DNA of 64,000 bases from a candidate division WOR-3 bacterium (GCA_965649265.1 CBFGKC010000004.1:122590-186589); one strand, 5' to 3'. Shown: positions 9,275 to 18,992, numbered from the stretch's first letter. Notes: generated from the sequence alone by a model not told the origin. Translations and numbers: made by a program.

Positions 9275-12200
9275 ATGGTAAAAAAAGGATCCGTGGATTT
9301 TCCGAGCGGTTTCGAGGTATCAAGGAAGCTTGGTGAAGGGAGCGCAAGCATTGTCTGGGCCGTAAGACGTGAAGGCACAAACGAGGAGTTAGCCTTAAAG
9401 ATCACGGCGAGGCCAGATCCGGCACGCCTGCTCGAGCGCGAGTACGCAATTCTCAGACGTCTGGACCATCCGGGTATCGTCAAGGTATTCGAATCGGGTG
9501 AGTTTAACGGCAGAGGCTTTTTTCTGATGGAATTGATAGAAGGTGAATCTTTTACCTCTTTTTTCAAACAAAAAAAGGAGAGCGTAGGTTTTATTGAGCT
9601 GTTCCTTCAGGTCTTGAGGGAATCGGCAGGGATACTCTCCGATCTTCACAAGCAGGGCGTGGTCCATATTGACGTCAAACCCTCGAATATTCTTATACGA
9701 AAAACAGGGTTTCCGCTTCTTTTGGACTTCGGTTTTGCCGAAGACTATATATTGAGCCCGACGGCAGAACCGTCGGGTACCACCCTTGACTACGCGGCTC
9801 CTGAGCTTTTTTCGGGCGGCCATGTGACGCCTGCTGCGGATATTTATTCACTCGGTGCGATGGCGTATGAAGTCTTGAAAGGGAATAAGCCCTGGATCGG
9901 TAAATCGCCGAGGGAACTCATAGCAGCAAAGCTGAGAGCCTCTCCAGGATTAGGCAAGCTCGAATTCGAGATACCTGCGGGGCTGGAGGGTTTGGTTTTG
10001 CGAATGATAAATCCGGAACCCTCACTGAGGCCATCCGCGGATGAGGTCATACTCGAGCTCGATTGGCTTTCGGGAGGTAAATCTATCGAGATCAAAAAAG
10101 CATCGGTTTTTCTGCCGAGGCTCGTTTTTGGCGGCAGGGAAGAAGAGATGGAATACGTCAGGAAACTGATCTTCGATGAAAAAAAGGTTATATTTCTTTC
10201 AGGTGAATCCGGTATCGGAAAAACAAGATTTCTGAGGGAACTTCGTTTCAAGGCAATGCTTGATGATCGCAAGGTTTTGCTCCTCGAGGGGCGCGGAGCG
10301 CATCTGTCGCTTGTGGATTACCTTTTTGTTTCACTGGGTGTAAACCGTACCGGATCCGGAACCAGCGAGACCCAATTGTCCGATAAGTGGTCCAGATACG
10401 AAAGGATTTCCCAGGAAATAGAAAACGCCGGCTTTGAAGCGTTGTATATTGATTCGCCAGTTGATTTGAACTCTGACGAGAAAGGGCTTATTGGGTACTT
10501 GGCCCGCGGTTTTGATACGAGACTGGGCTTACTCGTTACCCAGGTTCCTGAATTCTTATATCCAAATGCGACGAATTTCAAACTCGAACCTCTGAACGAA
10601 GAGAGGGTAAGAACCCTGGTTTCAAGAACTTTCAGAGGCTTGAAGGGTGAGGTCCGTCTTGCCAAAAACCTTTTTTTACTCGCCGGAGGGAATCCCAGGC
10701 GCACTAACGAACTCCTTGATATACTCTACAACGAAGGATGGCTTTCATGGGACAGGGGCTGGATATACGAACCGGTTAGTGAAGAAAGCACCATTGCCGC
10801 GCAACTCGAAGAGTGGCTTGGAGACAGGGTCGGTCGGCTTGATGGGCCTTCCAGGTTCATTCTTGATTCGCTTGCGGTCGTCGAATCGGCGCTCCCTACG
10901 GAGGTTTTATCCAGGATAATCGGCGAGGATGCGGAACTCGCAATGAAAGGTCTTGCCGAGCATGGGCTTGTCCGCTCATTCTTTTATCTTGAAAAGCCCT
11001 ACCTTGAGTTTGCCGACGACGTTACTAAACCCTACCTTCTTGGTAAACTCCACGGTGGACGCGCAAAGGAAATTTCGAAAACCCTCGCGGAGGCCGTTCA
11101 GGAATATGGCGTCAAGTACTGGGGCCAGGATCTTGACTGCTGGGAGAAGACATGCCTTGCGGATGTCGGGTTGCTTTTTTTCATGTCAGGGTCAAAAACG
11201 AAGGCCGGAACATATCTGATCAAGTCGGCCAAAGACCTGAGGCTTAACTATCACATTGAAAGAGCGCTTGAATATTTGAAAAAAACCATTGAGTGCAGCG
11301 GTGAAGCCAGGTGGAAAAAGGAGGCAATGCAGGAAATGCTCCACATTGCCTATATTACTTATAATCTGAGCGAAGCGGAAAAGATCACATCCGAATTGAT
11401 GCCTCTTCTGCACGATGACCCTGAAGCAAAGGCCGAGGCAATTTCCAGGTTAGCCGCGATATACATGAGGATGGGGCAAAACGACAGGGCCGAGCAGTAT
11501 CTGGATGAATGCGAGAGGATAGTTCCTGATCCTTCTTCGACTCTCTTGTTCAGTATGATGAATGTGCGTGGGTGGATTGCCAACAACCGCAGCAGGTATC
11601 TTGAGGCGCAAGATATCTTTCAAAGAGCTCTTGATATGGCTTCAAGTGATAAAGAGAGAAGGATAGCCCACCAGGGCCTGCTCAGAACCGTTATTTTTCT
11701 GGGGAAAAACGCGGAAGCGCTCGTTCACGCCACCAGGGCGGTCGAATTACTCGAAAAGGGCGGAGACAAGAACGATCTTTGTTCAACGCTAGTCAATATG
11801 ACCGATGTAATGCGCAATCTGGGCATGTATTCTGAAATGGAGAGCTGCATTGAGAAAGCTCTCGCGATAGCGGAGGACGTGAAGAATCCCAATCTCCTGG
11901 CTTTGACTTATGAATACAGGGCTTTCATGTATGCATTGAACAAAAAATATCGCGATGCACTGAATTACACACGGAAGGCGATAGTCTTTTCGACGAAGGT
12001 AAAGAACGAACTCAGATCTATATCCCTGAAAATAAGTGAGGCTCAGTATTTGCACGATACGGGCGAATGGTCTGAAGCAAAAAAGATATATCTTGAAACG
12101 TGGCAGGAGTTGGCAAGAAGCAAAAGTGATGCAGTTACCAGATCGAAGCCCTACTTTTTGAGAGCCTGGGGTGAATTCTTAAGAAGCAGAAGTGAATATT

Positions 12201-14311
12201 CTTCAGCTCTGAGGATTCTTGAAAAAGCGAAAAAAATTGCCGCTGAATTGAACAACGAAACTCTCTCTCAGCACATTGATATCGTGAAGTGCAGGGTTTT
12301 CATTGAGTCAGGACAACTTGATCGGGCAGAACGGATAATTGAAGAATGCGAAACGGCACTAAAGAAACAAAAAGACATCGCAGGTGAGGAGATCTTGAAT
12401 TGGTTGAAAACGGAGCTTTATCTCAGTCAAGGTAAAACTCGCGAAGCTTACCTGCTTTGCAATGAATTGTCGAGTGCGCGTGAGGGAAAGAACAGTGCTA
12501 TATCCTCTGAAATAAATATTACGAGATTGATCGGGAGAACCCTTCTCGGAGTTGGTAAGACAACTGCCGGGTTATCCAAACTGAAGGAAGCAATTGAAGC
12601 AAGTAGAGTTCAGGAAAATCCCTTGGAGTTAGGATTAAGTATCTTCTTTTACGCTGAAGAAAAACTTAAGAAGCATGGGTTTATTGAAGAGGCGATTGAA
12701 GCTTTTGACGAAGCCGAAACAATTTTCAAAAGACTTGGATTGTCCAATCTGGTACGGGACATAGAAAGATTACGTCGGGAGTTCCCCAAGCCTGAACGAA
12801 CAAACCACGAATCAAACAAGTATCTTGAGGGTTTCAAAGAACTTACATCAGTAGTCAATTGTTACCTGGGTAAGGAAAATTATATGAACGTCATCCTGGA
12901 TACCGTTTTGGACTTCACTAAAGCCAATCGAGGCATGATCTTATCATTCGAGGATGGTGTACTTCACCCACTGGCCATAAAAAAACTGGATACAGTCTCA
13001 TTCTATGACGCTGAAAACATCTCCCATACCGTTATTGAAAAGGTGAAGGAGGGTTTTGAACCGGTGTTTACTCCCGATGCAGAACATGACGAGCGTTTCA
13101 AAAATTCCGAAAGCATTAGACTGAACCAGATACGTTCTCTCATGTGCGTTCCTCTTCTGACTGGGGGGAATCTCGTTGGAACGATCTACCTTGACAGCCG
13201 GCAACCAGGATTATTCGACAGTGAAAAGATCCTCTATTTTGAGTCTTTGGGAAATCTTCTGGCTGCGACGCTTGATAAGTCTCTAGAATTCATAAGATTA
13301 AAAGAAAGACTGGCCCTTGTTAAAAGGAAGCATGACCTCGATAACTGTGGGATAGTAATCGGTAATTCACCTCAAATGAGGGAATTTAGTTCCAGAATCG
13401 AACAGGTTTCCAGGTACAATGCTAACGTTCTTCTGGAAGGAGAGACCGGTACGGGCAAGGGCGTTATCGCGAGAATGATTCACGATAAAAGTAACAGAAG
13501 AGAATATGAGTTTTCGTGCATAAACTGCGGGATACTTCCAGAGAATATTTTTGAGTCAGAGCTCTTCGGTTGTAAGAAGGGTGCGTTCACTGGAGCTATT
13601 TCGGATCGTATTGGTCTGCTTGAGTCTGCAAATGGATCCACTGTTTTTTTTGATGAGATAACTAATACATCTCTCGCCGTACAAGCCAAGCTTTTGGAGG
13701 TCATCGAGGATAAGGTGATCCGGAGACTTGGGGAAACCAAGAAGCGCAGCGTGGATTTGAGATTCATTTTCGCAACCAATCGTAATATACAGGAGGAGAT
13801 AGCCAAGGGCAGCTTTCGTGAAGATCTCTACTTCAGGCTGCGCACGTTTGCCTTTCACCTTCCTCCCTTGAGGGAACGCAGGGAGGACATTCCGCAGTTT
13901 ATCAATTTCTTTATGGATAAATACACTAAAGAATTCAACAAGGATATAGTTGATATTGAACCTGCGGCCTATGATGCCTTGATTACTTATAATTGGCCCG
14001 GTAATGTGCGCGAGCTTAAAAGCACCATAGAGAGAGCGGTTCTGCTGGCTCCCGGAAAGGTTCTTACGACCGACCTTTTTGAACGCTGTTTCTTTGAAAG
14101 GGTTTTGAATAATGAAAACGGTCGTGAAACGTACAGGCTAAAGGATGAAGATTTGGTTAATCTAGTGAAGAAAACCCTGAAGGAAACAGATGGGAACATG
14201 ACAGAGACGGCAAAACTTCTGGGAATCTCCAGGCGTCATCTTTACAGGATCATTGAACGATTTGAAATGGTTAAGGAACGAAGTAAAAGCCGCAAGTCCA
14301 AAAAACCCTGA
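9275..14311 (+). CDS. Multidomain sigma54 activator: Ser/Thr kinase - STAND-like P-loop ATPase - TPR - GAF - AAA+ bEBP - Fis HTH
   Basis: Kinase LGEG, ALK, HIDVKPSN, DFG; Walker A GESGIGKT; helical repeats; GAF IRSLMCVPL...GTIYLDS; bEBP GETGTGK, ESELFG..KGAFTGA, FFDE, FREDLYFRL, WPGNVREL; HTH AKLLGISRRHLYR. Confidence 0.93.
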   Translation: MVKKGSVDFPSGFEVSRKLGEGSASIVWAVRREGTNEELALKITARPDPARLLEREYAILRRLDHPGIVKVFESGEFNGRGFFLMELIEGESFTSFFKQKKESVGFIELFLQVLRESAGILSDLHKQGVVHIDVKPSNILIRKTGFPLLLDFGFAEDYILSPTAEPSGTTLDYAAPELFSGGHVTPAADIYSLGAMAYEVLKGNKPWIGKSPRELIAAKLRASPGLGKLEFEIPAGLEGLVLRMINPEPSLRPSADEVILELDWLSGGKSIEIKKASVFLPRLVFGGREEEMEYVRKLIFDEKKVIFLSGESGIGKTRFLRELRFKAMLDDRKVLLLEGRGAHLSLVDYLFVSLGVNRTGSGTSETQLSDKWSRYERISQEIENAGFEALYIDSPVDLNSDEKGLIGYLARGFDTRLGLLVTQVPEFLYPNATNFKLEPLNEERVRTLVSRTFRGLKGEVRLAKNLFLLAGGNPRRTNELLDILYNEGWLSWDRGWIYEPVSEESTIAAQLEEWLGDRVGRLDGPSRFILDSLAVVESALPTEVLSRIIGEDAELAMKGLAEHGLVRSFFYLEKPYLEFADDVTKPYLLGKLHGGRAKEISKTLAEAVQEYGVKYWGQDLDCWEKTCLADVGLLFFMSGSKTKAGTYLIKSAKDLRLNYHIERALEYLKKTIECSGEARWKKEAMQEMLHIAYITYNLSEAEKITSELMPLLHDDPEAKAEAISRLAAIYMRMGQNDRAEQYLDECERIVPDPSSTLLFSMMNVRGWIANNRSRYLEAQDIFQRALDMASSDKERRIAHQGLLRTVIFLGKNAEALVHATRAVELLEKGGDKNDLCSTLVNMTDVMRNLGMYSEMESCIEKALAIAEDVKNPNLLALTYEYRAFMYALNKKYRDALNYTRKAIVFSTKVKNELRSISLKISEAQYLHDTGEWSEAKKIYLETWQELARSKSDAVTRSKPYFLRAWGEFLRSRSEYSSALRILEKAKKIAAELNNETLSQHIDIVKCRVFIESGQLDRAERIIEECETALKKQKDIAGEEILNWLKTELYLSQGKTREAYLLCNELSSAREGKNSAISSEINITRLIGRTLLGVGKTTAGLSKLKEAIEASRVQENPLELGLSIFFYAEEKLKKHGFIEEAIEAFDEAETIFKRLGLSNLVRDIERLRREFPKPERTNHESNKYLEGFKELTSVVNCYLGKENYMNVILDTVLDFTKANRGMILSFEDGVLHPLAIKKLDTVSFYDAENISHTVIEKVKEGFEPVFTPDAEHDERFKNSESIRLNQIRSLMCVPLLTGGNLVGTIYLDSRQPGLFDSEKILYFESLGNLLAATLDKSLEFIRLKERLALVKRKHDLDNCGIVIGNSPQMREFSSRIEQVSRYNANVLLEGETGTGKGVIARMIHDKSNRREYEFSCINCGILPENIFESELFGCKKGAFTGAISDRIGLLESANGSTVFFDEITNTSLAVQAKLLEVIEDKVIRRLGETKKRSVDLRFIFATNRNIQEEIAKGSFREDLYFRLRTFAFHLPPLRERREDIPQFINFFMDKYTKEFNKDIVDIEPAAYDALITYNWPGNVRELKSTIERAVLLAPGKVLTTDLFERCFFERVLNNENGRETYRLKDEDLVNLVKKTLKETDGNMTETAKLLGISRRHLYRIIERFEMVKERSKSRKSKKP

Positions 14312-14341
14312 AGGTTTACAAGGTTATTTCTAATCGAGACT

Positions 14342-14358
14342 TGTGTCAAATTGGCACA
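14342..14358. promoter_or_regulatory. Putative bEBP enhancer site 1
   Basis: Palindrome TGTGTCA-AAT-TGGCACA (one mismatch), about 180 bp upstream of the -24/-12 box. Confidence 0.65.
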
Positions 14359-14424
14359 GCCTTTGTATCCTAACAATCTTCTTTAAAACAACTTGTGCGT
14401 TTGTTCCGACAAAACAGATTGCGT

Positions 14425-14441
14425 TGTGCCAAAAAGTCCCA
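14425..14441. promoter_or_regulatory. Putative bEBP enhancer site 2
   Basis: TGTGCCA-AAA-AGTCCCA, a degenerate copy of site 1. Confidence 0.5.
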
Positions 14442-14495
14442 ATGGGAATCGCACACTAGGGATTCTTTTTTTTAGGCTCAGCTTCAAGTCTTTTT

Positions 14496-14508
14496 TTTAA
14501 ACAACTTA
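14496..14508. promoter_or_regulatory. Possible IHF site between enhancer and promoter
   Basis: TTTAAACAACTTA after a T-tract; partial match to WATCAANNNNTTR; similar TTAAAACAACTTG at 14383-14395. Confidence 0.35.
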
Positions 14509-14533
14509 CGAGAAGCCCTCGGCTCCGAATGGC

Positions 14534-14549
14534 TGGCACGTATATTGCT
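14534..14549 (+). promoter_or_regulatory. sigma54 -24/-12 promoter
   Basis: TGGCACG-TATA-TTGCT is an exact match to TGGCACG-N4-TTGCW. Confidence 0.88.
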
Positions 14550-14796
14550 CTTAATTATAGCGAGCGGTTGAAGAGAAAGGTCGGACGGTTGTCGGAGTTA
14601 AGAAATTAGATGGAGGTCCCGGCAACAATTCTTGCATCCCGATAGAGGGCAGGTATTGGGCGGTGTATAGGAGTAAGGATGGGAGGGGGGAAAATTGGGT
14701 TATGTTGAAAGTTAGTTTGGGGCTTATACAGGTTATAGAGAAGGTGTTTCCTGTAATGAGGGTGAAAACAACCAATCTCAAATAAGGAGAATAATC

Positions 14797-15264
14797 ATGA
14801 AGATAAACAAGCTCGCTTTTGTCCTGATCGTTATGGTCAGCTTGGTCGGTGCAAGCTCCGCGTTTGCTATAACTGGAGGCGACTGCTATGGAGGCGGTAC
14901 CGGAACCATCACCAACGGCACTTACTCCTTTTGCCCGTGGGGGTCCTGGACTGGCTTCCACAGCACCGGGTCTATATCAGGGCTATTATATGGTCAGACA
15001 GGCTTCTCCGGGACTGTTGATGAAGGAGAATTCAATATAGATTATGCTTCGGGTACCTGGAGTCTATCGTATCTCGGTTATTCTTTTGCAGGCACCTTCG
15101 CGATGGATTTTAGCAACATGTATTTCGTCGGCGGCGAAGGTTGGTACATGAGAGGCATTACCGGAGAATGGGCGCTGACATCCGCCCCTCAAGGATGGTC
15201 TACAGGTCCGACAACGCGGACGATTAACGGTTACGAGTATTTGTGGGAAGATGACGACGAGTGA
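14797..15264 (+). CDS. Secreted Gly/Trp-rich beta protein (divergent WxG family member)
   Basis: AAGGAG SD; Sec signal ending LVGASSAFA; GSWTG, SGTW, AGTF, TGEW strands; acidic tail EDDDE. Confidence 0.82.
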   Translation: MKINKLAFVLIVMVSLVGASSAFAITGGDCYGGGTGTITNGTYSFCPWGSWTGFHSTGSISGLLYGQTGFSGTVDEGEFNIDYASGTWSLSYLGYSFAGTFAMDFSNMYFVGGEGWYMRGITGEWALTSAPQGWSTGPTTRTINGYEYLWEDDDE

Positions 15265-15312
15265 TGAGAGTTCATAAGCTCATTAGCTTTTGCCTCTGAT
15301 CATTTTAAGTAC

Positions 15313-15336
15313 AGCAGGGGGGCACTCCCCCCTGCT
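15313..15336 (+). terminator. Intergenic GC hairpin (weak terminator or stabilising stem)
   Basis: AGCAGGGGGG-CACT-CCCCCCTGCT with a poor U-tract. Confidence 0.55.
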
Positions 15337-15454
15337 TGGATTTGTTTGAGGGACACAGAGAAGTCAAAGTGTCTTTTCTGGCGATTTAACAGGTCGAAGA
15401 AGGGTGTTATCTTCAGAGGGTGAAAACAGCATAATCTCTGGAAAGGAGAAATCA

Positions 15455-15916
15455 ATGAAGGAAAACAAACTCACATCAATCGCCGCTTTTGTAGTGGTAC
15501 TGAGTGGTTTACTTGTGGCAACGCCTATTATGGCGGGACCAGTTTACCAGGAATACTGGTCAGGTACAGGTGATCCCTATACATATCTTGGTTTCCAGCA
15601 GATGGGTTATATTAACCCATTCCACGAGTGGAACATAAATATTGATGTTGAAGCAGAAGGCATTCCCTACAATATCGCCGCATCCTGGAGCGATCAGTAC
15701 GGCCACACGGGCACTATCCAAGGCCACATCAGCTACCTAAGTGATGGTGCGGGCTATGGTGTATGGGATTGCGACCAGCATCCTACATCGTTTGGTACTT
15801 GGACTGGTTCTTTTGGTAGAGGAGGGGTTGGAAGTAGTTGTTCCGGAACCTTCACTTACTATTACCAAGGCGGATATCAAACCGGCGGTTGGTTCTCAGG
15901 AACCAGAGATCAATAA
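15455..15916 (+). CDS. Secreted Gly/Trp-rich beta protein (WxG family)
   Basis: AAGGAG SD before MKENK; signal peptide; YWSGT, GTIQG, YGVW, FGTWTGSF, SGTF, GWFSG strands. Confidence 0.85.
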   Translation: MKENKLTSIAAFVVVLSGLLVATPIMAGPVYQEYWSGTGDPYTYLGFQQMGYINPFHEWNINIDVEAEGIPYNIAASWSDQYGHTGTIQGHISYLSDGAGYGVWDCDQHPTSFGTWTGSFGRGGVGSSCSGTFTYYYQGGYQTGGWFSGTRDQ

Positions 15917-15936
15917 AGTCTCACGCAAGCGTCATT

Positions 15937-15966
15937 ACAGGGCGGGCGTAAGCCCGCCCTGTTTCT
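15937..15966 (+). terminator. Rho-independent terminator
   Basis: ACAGGGCGGGC-GTAA-GCCCGCCCTGT followed by TTCT. Confidence 0.7.
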
Positions 15967-16066
15967 CAATATCTTAGAATTCAGGATAATATCCAGAGAA
16001 TTCTGAGGTTTAAAAGACGGTTATGAGTGGCTTAAATGAAATTAAACTAGTTTATAGTTAATTGAC

Positions 16067-16094
16067 TTGACAATTCGTTCGGTTTACCTATAAT
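16067..16094 (+). promoter_or_regulatory. sigma70 promoter TTGACA-N16-TATAAT
   Basis: Perfect hexamers. Confidence 0.8.
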
Positions 16095-16100
16095 CAACGC

Positions 16101-16217
16101 ATGGACAATCTAGAAACAAAAAAGAAGGGCGTTCGTTGCTCAATACAACGACAAAAAAACCGGATACAATTATACTACATATCCTCTGCAATTATTAACA
16201 TAGGGGGGACCCCATGA
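16101..16217 (+). CDS. Possible leaderless 38-aa upstream ORF coupled to the SDR gene
   Basis: ATG 6 nt after the -10 box; MDNLETKKKGVRCSIQRQKNRIQLYYISSAIINIGGTP*; stop overlaps the SDR start (ATGA). Confidence 0.35.
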   Translation: MDNLETKKKGVRCSIQRQKNRIQLYYISSAIINIGGTP

Positions 16218-17998
16218 AGGTTCTTTTGACAGGTGCCTTCGGTAACATAGGTTCGAGCACTCTTGAAGAGCTCTTAAGGCAGGGACACAGGGTCACCTGC
16301 TTTGACCTCCCAACGAAGGCTAATATTAAAAAAGCGCGAAGGCTTGGAAACAAGATTGACATGATTTGGGGTGACGTTCGAAACCGCAAGGATGTGGCTG
16401 ATGCAATCCTTGGACAGGATGCGGTAATTCACCTCGCGGCTATAATACCTCCACGCAGTGAGTTAGATCCTGAATATGCAGAACAGGTTAATGTTACAGG
16501 AACTCGTAACGTCGTTGAGGCGTTAAAGTCCACCTCCAATCCGGCACGTCTTGTTTTCTCTTCCTCCGTTTCAGTATTTGGTCGCAAGTTCTCGACACCT
16601 CCTCCTCGTACCGTAGATGAGTCTATTGAACCTTCCGACAACTACTCCAGGCACAAGATACTCTGCGAGGAGATGATACGTTCTTCTGGTTTGCGCTGGG
16701 CTATCCTGCGCTTTCCGGCTGTCCCGCCGCTCGTGAGTCTTCAGATGGATCCTATAATGTTTGATATAGCGCTTCATACGAGAATCGAGTTCTTGCATAC
16801 CCGTGACGCAGGTCTGGCGCTGGCAAATGCAGTTTCGTCCGACGAGGTTTTGGGAAAGATTCTTCTCATGGGCGGAGGAAGCCGCTGCCAGTTCGAGTAC
16901 TGTGACTACGTCGGCAAGACCCTTGATGCGGCAGGTATAGGCAGGCTCCCGTCGGAGGCGTTCGGCAGCGAACCGTTTTACACAGACTGGGTAGACTCTT
17001 CTGAGAGCGAAAGTCTTCTGTTCTACCAGCGCCACACCTACACGGATTACCTGCGTGAGTTCAGTGGCAATCTCGGATTCAAGCGCTTTATTATCCCATT
17101 TTTTAGACCGTTCATAAGGAGAGCGTTACTGCGGTGCTCGCCCTATATGCCGCCCGGTGCCGCAAGCGGGCGGAAGAGTTCCGAGTACTGGAGGGATAAG
17201 GTCGTTATCGTAACCGGTGCGTCGAGCGGCATCGGCGAGGCGTGTGCGCGCAGGCTTGCCCATGAGGGGCTCAGGGTTGCATTGGTTGCAAGACGCAAGG
17301 AGAGACTCGATGAAATCGCTAAAGCCATATACCTTCAGGGAGGCGAGGCTATGGCTGTATCTGCCGATTTGACCGTCGAGGATGAAAGAATCCGTGTCAT
17401 TGAAGAGGTACGCGAGAACTGGGGCAGGATTGATGTCCTTGTAAATAATGCCGGATTCGCATGGTACGGCTACGGTGCCGATATGCCCTGGGATGTCGCG
17501 TCCAAGATGATTGACCTCAACGTCAAAGCGCTTGTGCACATGACGCTTCTTGTCATCAAGAGGATGCGTTCTTACAACTCCGGACACGTGATCAATGTCT
17601 CTTCCATAGCCGGAAGCTTTCCGCAGCAAGGTACAATGCTCTACAGCGCTACAAAATCTTTTGTAGACAGCTTCTCAACTGTCCTCTACCGGGAAACGCG
17701 CGGTACAAACGTGCATGCTAGTTGTATTAAGCCAGGAGCCGTCTCCACTGAACTTTTCGATAACGCAAGACAGGATCCCACTTCTCTGCCCATTCCTGCA
17801 GAAGGGATGGCCGTGAGTGTCGAGAGGGTCGTTAACCGTATTTGGTCTCTCATGAACAGGCCTCGCAGAAGGGTCTTTGTTCCTGCACTCCTGTGGATTA
17901 TTCCATGGGTTGAACAGTTGTTCGGATGGTTCATCGACAAGCTTGGAGCACTGCTTCTCAAACACAGCGCCAATACTGCAAAGGTCCAGGTGAAGTAA
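16214..17998 (+). CDS. Fusion of an extended SDR (epimerase/dehydratase type) and a classical SDR
   Basis: N-domain TGAFGNIG, HLAA, YSRHK; C-domain TGASSGIG, NNAG, YSATK. Confidence 0.9.
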   Translation: MKVLLTGAFGNIGSSTLEELLRQGHRVTCFDLPTKANIKKARRLGNKIDMIWGDVRNRKDVADAILGQDAVIHLAAIIPPRSELDPEYAEQVNVTGTRNVVEALKSTSNPARLVFSSSVSVFGRKFSTPPPRTVDESIEPSDNYSRHKILCEEMIRSSGLRWAILRFPAVPPLVSLQMDPIMFDIALHTRIEFLHTRDAGLALANAVSSDEVLGKILLMGGGSRCQFEYCDYVGKTLDAAGIGRLPSEAFGSEPFYTDWVDSSESESLLFYQRHTYTDYLREFSGNLGFKRFIIPFFRPFIRRALLRCSPYMPPGAASGRKSSEYWRDKVVIVTGASSGIGEACARRLAHEGLRVALVARRKERLDEIAKAIYLQGGEAMAVSADLTVEDERIRVIEEVRENWGRIDVLVNNAGFAWYGYGADMPWDVASKMIDLNVKALVHMTLLVIKRMRSYNSGHVINVSSIAGSFPQQGTMLYSATKSFVDSFSTVLYRETRGTNVHASCIKPGAVSTELFDNARQDPTSLPIPAEGMAVSVERVVNRIWSLMNRPRRRVFVPALLWIIPWVEQLFGWFIDKLGALLLKHSANTAKVQVK

Positions 17999-18020
17999 GA
18001 ACTCAACATCAGAAATCCAC

Positions 18021-18046
18021 AAGGGACAGGCTTAGGCCTGTCCCTT
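18021..18046 (+). terminator. Terminator-like hairpin
   Basis: AAGGGACAGGC-TTAG-GCCTGTCCCTT. Confidence 0.65.
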
Positions 18047-18179
18047 CATTTGGATGCCTGAGCGATCGAGTCGAAAGAACACATCGGGCCAGGAAAGGAT
18101 TTGACATCATTGCGCTTTTATCTATATTAGTATTACAAGCCGGTCGTAAGATCGGTTAAACAAAGGAGTGGTCTTTACC

Positions 18180-18992
18180 ATGGATGAGTTCATAAAGACA
18201 AATTATGATCGTTGGCAGGAACTTGTCGGCATCAACGCCGGTTCGCCGTTTTACGGGGTGGAAAAATTCAAGAAGGGCGGGCTTTTCCTCGAAAGGCTGG
18301 AGTTGGAAGGCGTAGGCGAGGTGAAGGGTAAGTCGCTCCTTCACCTCATGTGTCACTTCGGACTTGGAACCCTTTCCTTCGCCAGACTTGGGGCACGCGT
18401 CACGGGAGTCGACTTTTCACCAAAGGCGATAGAGTACGCTCGCATCCTCGCGAGCGAGCTGTCAATCCCGGCGGATTTCGTCTGCTCGGATATCTACGAC
18501 TTGCCGGCCAGTCTTAGTGAGCGTTATGACATAGTATTCACGTCATACGGCGTGCTCTACTTTCTTCCGGATCTTAAACGGTGGGCCGCGATTGTAGCTC
18601 ACTTTCTGAAGCCCGGAGGTTTCTTTTTCATCGTTGACGGACACCCGTTTGAACAGATATTCGATCTGGGCGGCGCGCCCGACGGTGCGACCGATCTGAA
18701 GGTAACCTATCCCTACTTCTCCGAGGGACCCGTTCGATGCGACGAAAAGGGCTCATATGCCGACAGCGAGGTCAAAATGGAGAATACGGTATTTTACAAA
18801 TGGCTGCATCCCGTTTCGGAGATAATCAACTCGCTTACGACTGCAGGACTCAGGATCGAGTATTTCAGGGAGTACCCGTTTGCTACAGCGCCCATGCTGC
18901 CCTATTTCGTACGCAAGGAAGACGGTTACTGGTGGTTGCCTGGGGACCGCAAGGACATCCCCTTCATGTTTTCCTTAAAGGCATGGAAATAA
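18180..18992 (+). CDS. Class I SAM-dependent methyltransferase
   Basis: LLHLMCHFGLGTLS...VTGVDFS; LKPGG; paralog of 20089-20898. Confidence 0.9.
   Translation: MDEFIKTNYDRWQELVGINAGSPFYGVEKFKKGGLFLERLELEGVGEVKGKSLLHLMCHFGLGTLSFARLGARVTGVDFSPKAIEYARILASELSIPADFVCSDIYDLPASLSERYDIVFTSYGVLYFLPDLKRWAAIVAHFLKPGGFFFIVDGHPFEQIFDLGGAPDGATDLKVTYPYFSEGPVRCDEKGSYADSEVKMENTVFYKWLHPVSEIINSLTTAGLRIEYFREYPFATAPMLPYFVRKEDGYWWLPGDRKDIPFMFSLKAWK

Noticed and set aside
14352-14367. Second sigma54 promoter TGGCACAGCCTTTGT
   Set aside because: It lacks the -12 GC and is better explained as half of the enhancer palindrome.
14551-14961. Minus-strand 136-aa ORF and other antisense ORFs in the track
   Set aside because: They overlap better-supported genes or regulatory DNA and have no motifs, so they are treated as shadow ORFs.
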